Positions 47,030 to 56,019 of a DNA stretch of 56,019 nt are shown in pieces. Source of the stretch: Basidiobolus meristosporus CBS 931.73 (taxonomy: Eukaryota > Fungi > Basidiobolomycota); assembly GCA_002104905.1 (NCBI GenBank), contig MCFE01000583.1, positions 1 to 56,019 of the forward strand, given 5' to 3'. Position numbers and translations under genes: made by a program. The notes under the pieces are model-generated. The model was given only the letters and a program-made list of their open reading frames with translations. It made no database searches and had not been told where the DNA came from. Positions within the stretch are counted from its first letter, which is position 1; the number at the start of each line of letters is the position of its first letter.

Positions 47030-47857
47030 GAGTCAAGGGTTATAAGGTGTGGAGCAAAGTGGGGTGGCAGTTGATGTGGAGACGAACCATCGGTCTGAAG
47101 GGATTTCTAACCGCCTCACACCATCCGATCTGAAACAGAGAAGGGCACAATGGATATTTTTCGAGATTCAGGCATATTGATCGCTTCAATCGCCTCAATT
47201 ATGCAAATCAATCTATCCGACAATCCTTTGGTGAGGATCGATTGTTTGGATCTGTTGGCGGAGAGACGAAGTTAACGATGGGAATGTGGATGGCAGTGGC
47301 TGAACCATGATGGCGAGAAGGCGTCCAATCGATCCACCAGTATTCGATACGCATCTTAGTGGGCGATATAAAGTACATTGACCAAGCTTTCAGCGCGTCC
47401 ATTAATAAATGAGGTTTCATGTAGAGATGACCACCGAAATTATCTATTTTTGGACAATACAGGCTCGTCTATGAACAGATGCTGACTACAGTTTGGTTAG
47501 CGTCATGATGGATAAGGACATCTGAACAGCAGATCTGGAACCGCGATGCACAATATACGAATGGGCCAGACATCCTAGAGAAAGGTAACACCCACCAATA
47601 AAGCACCCCTCACCCCTCGGTTTCAATAGGGCTCGAATTCTGGACACAATCTAATTTCACCTGTGACCAGCGATGCGAGACTCCCGTGTCAAAAGCAGAA
47701 ACAACTGTAGAGTGAGGGTGGATCAGTGCAGTGGTTGTATTATAGCTTATTACGGGTTGGAAATAATTTGGCCAGCTATCTATGGAGTATTACTGCTGGG
47801 TTGAGGTGGAGATGGAAGTTGTGGTGGGGTGGGGTGGGGAAGCAGCCAGACTTCCAG

Positions 47858-50309
47858 CTATATCATGATTTGAACTATGGAAAGTGCTTGGACATATGGG
47901 ACAAGCATGATGCTGGACACAAAATAGAACAGTATTCCGAAGGCAATGGAGATCGGGAGCGCCGGTAGTGCCTTCCTCGCGATGGCCAGCAAAAAGATGG
48001 TGGCGTTCAATCCCTTGAAATGCCCATGATCGGAGGTTAGTTATCACTCGGACCACTTTAAACAAGGTACTAACCGTCATGACGGCCACCAAGCACGAAA
48101 TGGTGGTTATCCAATCGGACATTGCTGCAGAAGAATGCAATACGATTTAGACATCGTCCTTGTCAATAAATTCCTTGAACCTACGCACATGCTCTGGCTA
48201 TCAGCACGCTGTAGAACACGAAGTCCCCTAGGCCAAGCTTCAACCCGCTTCGCTCATCTGCATATGGTCCCGTTAAGGGTTAGCTTTGCTTTCGAAAGGA
48301 AGTGCGTATGGGAGAACACTTCACCTCCATCTTCCCCGTTTTCAGGCTCCGGGGGTTCTTGCCGATTCCCAGTGGGGGTAGTTGCTGCACCAGAGACGGA
48401 GAGTAGGTTGCTTTCAGAATCGCTCCGAGGTTGCATAGGAACCTCTTCTTCCCGAGGCATCAATGAGGATTGCCTGACGAGGATAGTGCTGGTGGAGCTG
48501 GTGGAGGCGCTGCTGATCTCTCGCCTATCGGGATGATAGTCGGTGCTTTCCAAGAACGGGTTCTCTAGCTTTGCGGCCGAGGCTTGATCAAACGGACGGT
48601 GGGCGGACGACGCAGCAGAAAGGGAATTGGGATGCAAATTCCGAAGGTTGGGGGAGGCTGAGGATTGTGAATACTCCAACTCGGATGGCCCGCCGCCAGA
48701 CTCGTCGCTACCGGTGCGCACCGGTTCGTATCCAGATAGATTTGTTGCCATCAGCCAAACGATGCTTCCCACTAAGAATGGGTTAGCCTGATGATCAGAG
48801 GCGGGCGACTTTGGAGATGCGGAGTGTCACTTGCCTGAATAGAGTAAAGCCGGAACATCTCTCTGCTGCTCTCTCGATGACTCGACAAGCATGCGCAGGG
48901 GGCCGTATGGACAAAGTACGGCAATAAGGTCTATTGAATTCGTCACAGCGCATACGTCAAGATGCAATTAAAAGAAAGACATACCCCATATAGCCAGAAG
49001 CCCAAGTAGCATCCAGGTTGTCCACTCTTGAAGCCCAGTCAGAGAGAAAGCCTATCGGGAGAATCGTCAGCAGCCAAAAGCGCCACGGGCAGTCACCCAC
49101 ACACTTACCATTAGCGAGGACATGATGGTCAGGTAGATCTGCTGAAGCAGCAACGGCCCTTTCCAGAATATCACCACCAGCCCGACGGCGGCAAAGTTGT
49201 AGAGACAAAACACAAGGGTGATGTAATCCAAGCCGAAATTGAACACCTGCAAGAGATTCCTACAATGGCCAAATCAACATCAGTTGGAACGATATGCCTC
49301 GTCTCAGTAGGTCCTACAATGCGAGCAAGTATCCCATGAATCCCAGTAGCGTGGTTACAACCAGAATGAAAAATCCGATCAATATCTACAGTGGGAAGGC
49401 TCATCAGACGGAGACAAACAGTCACAAAGCCACCCCGCATTTACCTTGATATATCCAAACTTGAATAGACACACAATGATGAACGTGGATACTACCACCT
49501 GGCCAATGATGATCAAGGCGTTCAACAGAGAGCCCACGAATCGATCGGAGCTGGAGCCGGTTCCGGATTCGTTGTATACTGCATAGCCAGATGGGGCCGG
49601 TCTGCGACAAGAAAGCCGTTAAACCTAGTGTGTCTAGCAGCGCTTAGGGTATACTGACCGGTAGTCACTCCCCGACATCGAAATCTTGACCCACACTATG
49701 GAGAGTATGATGCAGCAGAGCACAGGTTTAATGATCTGGTAAATTTGCGCCGTGTAGAACTGAAGTTCGCTTTTTTGCTCTTCCGGCGATTCCTCGACAG
49801 GCGGGCTCTGGTTGAAAGGAACTTGGCTATGCCGACTGTCGCCGTAAGTCATCTACGTCGAAGGGAATTGTAAGCAAGAGAATAGCAACGCGAGCGCTGA
49901 GCTGGCCTACCTGGCTAATATCTGAAGCATCTGCTTGGTGTGAAATAAAGGCAGCGATGAGTATAGTTTCTCGAGTGCAGAGGAATGGGTAAAGCGAATT
50001 CTACCGCTGTCTCGATTTGTCTCAGCTATCCTCCTGCAAGTCTGGATGTGCTGTGGCCAGTCTTCTTTTTGGCACCCTTCCGAACAGTACTGAACAGAAG
50101 AGCCGCATGCGCTGCACATGAATAAGGCGGGCTTGGAACAAACATGGCACCTTGAGAACTCTTGAATAGTAAGAAGTAAAATGTTCAGGTTAGCTCATAT
50201 TATCTGGGTGGAGAATGTGGCAGTTGAATGAATAAACATCGCCCCAACCATTATCACTATCGGTACTGCTAGACGCAGTACCAGCCTGCACTCCACTTGC
50301 GGAATTCAT
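47858..50309 (-). CDS. PSEN: Presenilin (gamma-secretase catalytic subunit, peptidase A22A) with predicted N-terminal MYND zinc finger, 13 exons, 564 aa
   Basis: Exons 50309-50249, 50160-50005, 49933-49911, 49852-49659, 49601-49445, 49385-49318, 49259-49109, 49051-48985, 48930-48835, 48771-48325, 48257-48189, 48124-48075, 48013-47858 splice in frame (1695 nt). Catalytic [14 protein letters not shown] and [13 protein letters not shown] motifs plus KALPALP. The presenilin part is secure; the joining of exons 1-3 is inferred. Confidence 0.9.
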
Positions 50310-50765
50310 AGAAAAGCTCGGATGGATGCAAGCCTCGAGTAGGGACGGAAACAAACGAAGAGCCTAGCGCAAGGATAAACACTATTCTTGGGCTGGGACG
50401 GTGTGAGTTAAGGTTAATGGAGATTGTTTGCCCAAACAGGAAGCCATGAATTTTCAATTAGCCAAATCCCATTCCCATCCCATTCCATTCCCATCCCAAA
50501 TCGATCACGTACCCTGGAAGCCAATAAGTAGGAAATTGCATGGCAGATAAGAACTCTCAAATCTGGTAGGACTTCCTTTGTGCAAACAAGTTGGAATGGT
50601 TGCCATTCCTGACCATCCTTCAATGGCACAGCCCTGCATTGGTGCATATGTTTATTACTGTACATTCCATTTAATAAATCGCAACATGATTTAGTCATTA
50701 AGTTATCTGAGGATGCACCAAGCCCTAGTCTCTCTAGTGGTAGATGCCCCTCGGATGCTGGCGAA

Positions 50766-51215
50766 TTATTTCTCCTTCCACTGGTGTTGGCACTCATGGT
50801 TACAGCACTTGTAGAACGTGGACATGGGTTCATCGGCCGAACGGATTTGGATCTGCAAGAAGTACGCGCGAGGATGTTCACACTTTGGACAAGAAGCTAC
50901 ACGAGGGGATTTAGCAAAGCAACCAATGGTAACAGGCAACTAGGACAAGACATACTTTCGATGGAATCCACATTGGCCCAGGCTTTTTCTCCACCGAGGA
51001 CATCATCGACCTCCTTACGCTTCAACACGTTCCTGGTGGCATGCTGGAAGAGGAAAAGATCAGTATCTCGAGCCGATGTCGCCGGAATGCTGGACAAAAC
51101 CACCCACCGTCCTGGTCACGGGAAACATGTAGGGACATGTTTGGCAGTAAAAGTGGTTCGAACCGGTGTCGTTGGAGATGAGCAGAAGGTTCGAACACGA
51201 CGGACAGAATAACAT
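50766..51215 (-). CDS. RPC11: RNA polymerase III subunit C11 (POLR3K/RPC10), 3 exons (51215-51108, 51043-50956, 50896-50766), 108 aa
   Basis: Spliced translation MLFCPSCSNLLL...FYCQTCPY...KRKEVDDVLGGEKAWANVD...CPKCEHPRAYFLQIQIRSADEPMSTFYKC has both zinc ribbons and the TFIIS-like QIRSADEPM motif. Confidence 0.96.
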
Positions 51216-51438
51216 GTTGCTCTAGGGAGTCCTGGGGAGAGTCTACGTACAGCGTGGTCTTGTAACCCAAGGGAAGGGTTTTTTTCTTTTTTTTCGACTA
51301 TGTTAATCAAATTATGGGCGCCGTTGCCCTGCTCTTAAACAAATTGTTTATCTTGGTGTATTGGCAGCAGGGTTAAATATTTGCCTTGCATAAGTGTGTG
51401 CCGGCCTCCTTTTTTGTTTCGACAAATCAACAAACAAC
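51216..51438. promoter_or_regulatory. Probable bidirectional promoter between RPC11 and RPL1
   Basis: Only 223 bp separate two divergent start codons, and the interval has poly(T) tracts. No specific factor-binding sites assigned. Confidence 0.55.
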
Positions 51439-52159
51439 ATGAGGTACGCAGATATCGATTAGGTGCGCGTTCATCCATCAATCATCATTAACATGCGCCC
51501 GATACTACAGTAGCAAAGTCTCCGTCGCTGCCGTGAGAGAGAGCGTCCGCATTGTCTTGGCTGAATCCCAAGAGAAGACCCGTAAGTTCACCGAAACCGT
51601 CGAGCTCCAGATCGGTCTCAAGAACTACGATCCCCAACGTGACAAACGTTTCTCTGGTACCATCAAGCTTCCCAATGTCCCCCGCCCCAAGATGTCGGTC
51701 TGTGTTCTTGGTGATGCTCATCACTGCGATCAAGCCAAGGAGCAAGGTTTGGAATCTATGTCCGTCGAGGATTTGAAGAAGTTGAACAAGAACAAGAAGC
51801 TTATCAAGAAGCTCGCCAAGAAGTTCGATGCTTTCCTTGCTTCTGAAGCTTTGATTAAGCAAATCCCTCGTCTTCTGGGCCCTGGTCTCCACAAGGCCGG
51901 TAAATTCCCCACCCCCGTTTCCCACAACGACAATTTGTCCGACAAGGCCAACGAACTTCGCTCCACCATCAAGTTCCAGCTTAAGAAGGTTCTTTGCCTC
52001 GGTGTCGCGGTCGGCCATGTCCAAATGACTGAGGACCAACTTCTCGGTAACATCATGTTGTCAGTCAACTTCTTGGTTTCCCTCCTGAAGAAGAACTGGC
52101 AAAACGTCAAGTCTCTTTACATCAAGAGCTCCATGGGCAAACCTCAACGTCTTTATTAA
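51439..52159 (+). CDS. RPL1: 60S ribosomal protein uL1 (L1/L10a), 2 exons (51439-51443, 51514-52159), 216 aa
   Basis: [26 protein letters not shown]...[11 protein letters not shown]. Micro-exon ATGAG plus intron gtacgc...cagtag restores the MSKVS N-terminus. Confidence 0.97.
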
Positions 52160-52456
52160 TCACCACGGCCCTCTCAGTTACGGGTTTTAGACTTGAATCC
52201 TAAAATTCTGCGGCATACCAAAGCGTAATATATGATCTATGTACATATACATATAGCTCTTGGGAGATTGAAACTAGACTTTGCTTAATAAATTGCTCAT
52301 AAACAAATGCTGGAAAGGCGAAGGAATATCGTATTTATTCCGTATGTAGGTATTGTATACAGTAGGGAATACGGGGTGAAATGCTAGAGGTGTGAATGTG
52401 ACAGTGTTGATGTTACCTGAGTAAGATTGATGGCGTTAATCTAGAATGATCCATGC

Positions 52457-54179
52457 TTAATCTCTGTAGGTAGACATGAACTTCTTGTGGAAGTTCTCAA
52501 GAAGGTTGATGAACTCATCGAAGGTGTGCTCAGGTGGAAGGAAGGTGGCACGGAAATGCCAGGTGCCTTCTTGCTGGCCAAAGCCGGATCCAGGGACGAC
52601 GCAAACACCGGTCTCCTTCAACATCTCCAAGCTGTAGAAGGCATCGGGCTGTTTACCAGCAGCTTTGGCGGCCTCGATGGCCTTGGCGGGGAGACGGATT
52701 TGAGGGAAGAGGTACATAGCTCCTTCAGCTTTGTTGCAGGTAACGCCCTCCAAGCCATTGAAGGCAGAGGCCAATTTGGTGCTTCTTCTGATCAAGGAGG
52801 TGTAAATGTCGTCCATTTCATTCTTGTATAGTTCGTATGAAGGCTCCCCAGGTTGAGGAGGGTTGACCATTAGCTCCATCATAACCTGGCCTTGAACATT
52901 GGGGCAAAGAGAGATAGAAGAGATCTTGTACATCTGGTCGATAACCTTGGGGTCAATTCCGGTGCACTCGACATATCCACCACGTCTACCACATTCTCCG
53001 ATCATACCCTTGGAAATGGAGTGGAACGAGAAGAGCTCAACATTCTCGTAGCTTGATCCCATGCTCTTGAGAACCTTCTTAAATGAGTGGAAAGGTCTTT
53101 CTTCGGGGACGTAGATATTAGTTTGGTAGACCTCATCGGCGCAGAGAACAAGTCTTTCACGTTGGCAGAAGTCTATGACATCGCGCATATTCTCCTCAGT
53201 TAAGCATTGTCCGGTGGGGTTTCCAGGGTTGATGATGACAAGTGCACGAACGTCGGTACCATTACGTCTGGCCTCATCCACGGACTTCTTCAAGTCAGCA
53301 ATGTTCATTCCCCAGGCATTCTCCTCATCCAAGTAGTAAGGAACTGGCTGTCCATTGAACAAGGCAAGGGAGGCAGTGTAGAGAGGGTATTGGGGAATTG
53401 GGATCAAAACTCCAACCTCTGGCTTGTCAATCATGCATTGCAAAACCAATTGAACTGCTGGAGAAGCACCGGCAGTAAGGAAGATGGAATCGGGATCGGA
53501 GGAGAAACCATCACGCCTCTCGATGAACTTGGCAACCTGCTCACGGATGTATGGGATTCCCATGGAGTGGCTGTAGGAACCGACACTGCCACCAGCACTG
53601 GCAACCAATTTCTTGGCACGCTCAATAGTGTCCTTGGGGTAAAGAGCCTCAACCTTCTCTCTGTTTTCGTCAGATAGAAGTTCGGGGTTTTCTACCAGTG
53701 AGGCGACTTGGCGGAAGAAGGTAATGGGCTTTTGCTTCAATTGCTGAGGATTACCGATGTTAATGTTGGTAATCTCCTTGAATGGCAATTGAGCACCTTG
53801 GGCCAGTTTCTGGTGGAGAAGAACATAAGTAGCCAACCTAGGTATCAGTCACCAAGGATAGAGAACTTACATTCTTAAGGGTGTCGGCCAAAATGGCAAT
53901 TTCACCACGAACGGCATATTCTACACTTTTCACTCTGGGGTTAAGGTTCTCGAGGGTAAGAACTTTGCTGCTGGTGGAGGACTCGGCGACTAGAATCGTT
54001 ACAATCATGTTAATAAATGGATAGGATTAAAATTTTCATCGATCACATCTACCTTCGGGAACAGCAGATAGGGCTCTGAATCCTTGGTAACGAAGGCTAG
54101 AGGGGGTCAAAGCCAATTTACGGGCTTGGGAGCGGAAGGTGCTGAGTGAGTTAATACGGGTGAAGAGACGAACAGTCAT
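52457..54179 (-). CDS. ALT1: Alanine aminotransferase (class I PLP enzyme) with probable mitochondrial presequence, 3 exons (54179-54053, 53989-53871, 53809-52457), 532 aa
   Basis: Motifs VEYAVRGEI, NIGNPQQL, GSYSHSMG, IINPGNPTGQ, ADEVYQTN, PLP lysine in SFHSISKG, GECGRRGGY. N-terminus MTVRLFTRINSLSTFRSQARK is rich in Arg/Ser/Leu and lacks acidic residues. Confidence 0.95.
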
Positions 54180-55022
54180 TTGATTGAGATTGTAACCCTA
54201 CGAAGGCGGACGGGTGAATGCTGAGGACGAACCGAATCACATTGCTTTTATACGGGACGGGGTGTTGGGAAAAGGTCATACGCTGCTCATATTTGACTCA
54301 GTTTGTAAAATAGCGCGTGCAGTTATTCCGATTGTGTAATGTTCGTAGTAAGTCCACGACGTAACAATCTTTAGGGCTCACGAGACCACCTTATTCCTGT
54401 TGGTTTTCGGGAAAGATAAAGCCAAGGCAATCTCATTTCGCACGCTTAGCCATCAGTAGATTGATCATAGAGAACAAGGTCGGAGGTGCTCAAACTTCGA
54501 TTAAAGGCTCTTGGTAAAGTCTACCAATAATTTCCGGTAGCTCTTAATGATGGTTACTATAATTGGGAATATCTTCATCGGGTGACTGATCATCTATTAT
54601 GGACCAGCTGAAGTAGGGAGGACACTAACAGGCTATACAACATTGGGCTCTGCTTAGCGCGATGAATCATAGATTATCTATGTGCGGTTGAGCCTGTATA
54701 CAATCAGAAAGTGCCATTGACGATTAAGATTTGTGTGCTACAAGTGGTTCTGTTTACTATCTGGATGTTGATAATATAACGCCTCCGTAGATATCACGGA
54801 ATGGCTTTGGATTGATGAAGGCGCCACCGAACATCTGTGGCGCCTGCTTTACTCTGAGCAAAGCTTAGTATCCCTTACTACAGATGCACGCCACTAGATA
54901 TGTTCCGGTACATCGAAGGATGATTATTTTATCGCAGATGATCTACCATTAGCTTCAAAGTAGGGTTGACACAAAGCTAATCTGATTCTTCGTCAGCACT
55001 TGATCAATTATTGAATTGAGCC

Positions 55023-55802
55023 TTAAAACGTCGAATACTCGCTGGCCTGAGAAACACGGATTGGTATAAGATAGTTGAAGGCTCCGTGTGAGACTACACA
55101 ATCAATTAGGTGATGCTACTTATCAGTCAGGGCATCACAAGACAACTTACACAAGTAGCCGAAAACAACACAAGCTGCGTGTCCAGCAAAGGTGGAGTCT
55201 GGGCATACAGCGGCATAGAATAGAAGCAGCAGGATTGGAAATAGCCACAGGAACCTATATAGATAATAGTCATTAGTAAAGCGGTTGCTTTCAAGTATCC
55301 ACCCTAGAAGACCTTTTGTACTGATGTCTTTTCACCATCCAAGTACTTAGTATAAAACACCAGCCACTGCATCCAGCCAGACTCGTTTCGTTCAAATCGA
55401 CCAGCAGGAAGGAGCCTAGGAAGCATAAGAACGCCGGGACGAACGTAAATATAGCAAATATGGTATAAAGGAAAGTTCCTGGGCTATCTAGGTATCTTTC
55501 GTAATAAATTCCTAGCGGTGTGAAGACTGCCAGATTTACCAGTAGATGTGACAGATTATCGTGCGCTATTGGATAGCTAAGGAAGCGGTATACTATCAGA
55601 AAATAGGTTCTCGCGCATTAGTGTGTCCGTTGAGTTTCCCTTATCGTTCATCTTTACCTTGACCTTTAACGATCAGGCCTGGATCGTAACTTAGTAATTT
55701 CGGAGCATCAAGAATCTCACTTTCAGTCAACAGAAAGGCTGTGCAGCAGCCGATTGCTAGCAGAAGAGTTCCAGGAAAAACTATACACTTTCGCTGGAAC
55801 AT
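55023..55802 (-). CDS. Rhomboid-family intramembrane serine protease (Rbd2/RHBDD-like), 4 exons (55802-55658, 55592-55313, 55254-55151, 55093-55023), about 199 aa; both ends uncertain
   Basis: Spliced translation has GQVYRFLSYPIAHDNLSHLLVN, catalytic-serine motif AGCSGW and catalytic-histidine motif STFAGH. Introns are 57-65 nt with consistent phases; the second has a weak GTCTTC donor. Confidence 0.82.
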
Positions 55803-56019
55803 AGCAAAGATACCTTGGCCCGCTCTTGGATTCCAAGCCACCTGGTCAGTTAGACAATGATCCACGTGCGGTTATATTTATCATGATCAATCACTAACCC
55901 TGACCCTAACCCTATAAAGAGATTGGAATAGGCGCGTTATATAGCAGTGGTAGCTTTCAAGATACAATCTATAACATTGTCTACCTACCCTGCCAACAAT
56001 GCAGGTGCATTCCATATAG

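Noticed and set aside
47208-47420. 70-aa minus-strand ORF between the orphan gene and presenilin
   Set aside because: No motif, splice support or coding-like bias that I could identify.
50462-50500. (CCATT/CCATC)n microsatellite
   Set aside because: A short ordinary simple repeat in intergenic DNA.
51508-51513. Tandem NAGNAG acceptors in RPL1 (CAGTAG) and presenilin exon 3 (AAGCAG)
   Set aside because: Either choice changes a single residue. This is common and there is no evidence of regulation.
51488-53677. Long antisense or overlapping ORFs (51488-52039, 51730-52110, 52487-52831, 53207-53677)
   Set aside because: They are shadows of RPL1 and ALT1 caused by codon bias and show no independent motifs.
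53810-53836. ORF-track N-terminus MATYVLLHQ for the aminotransferase
   Set aside because: It lies within intron 53870-53810. Two upstream exons give the conserved VEYAVRGE motif and a presequence.
55894-55913. Telomere-like CTAACCCTGACCCTAACCCT
   Set aside because: Only about three imperfect hexamers flanked by ordinary sequence, too short to call an interstitial telomere.
1-56019. tRNA, rRNA or CRISPR-like arrays
   Set aside because: No cloverleaf, rRNA-like sequence or regularly spaced repeat-spacer structure was seen. All recurrent repeats map to transposon parts.

Overview
Eukaryotic genomic window, most consistent with an early-diverging (non-Dikarya) fungus: introns are short (about 55-90 nt) with CTAAC-type branch sites, and a presenilin is present. 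It has two sharply different compartments. (1) About 1-43,650 is an AT-rich, strongly CpG-depleted nest of decayed transposons built mostly from four families: a Ty1/copia family (8 LTR copies, one near-complete element at 37169-41836, Ty5-type half-tRNAiMet PBS), a Ty3/gypsy family (two internally deleted elements with TSDs), a second Tf1/sushi-like gypsy family (gag plus a ~880-bp LTR), and a CMC/CACTA DNA transposon (one complete copy at 3709-12146 with CCC...GGG ends, a 3-bp TSD and two divergent ORFs, plus many fragments). Junctions resolve the nesting order copia < CACTA < gypsy. (2) About 43,700-56,019 is CpG-rich and gene-dense: an AVT-type amino-acid transporter, a small orphan gene, a 13-exon presenilin predicted to carry an N-terminal MYND zinc finger, RPC11 divergent from RPL1, a mitochondrial alanine aminotransferase and a rhomboid protease. 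RPC11 and most of the rhomboid are absent from the ORF track. The strongest candidate for new biology is the MYND-presenilin fusion. All gene models, alignments and identity values are hand-derived from the sequence and untested.
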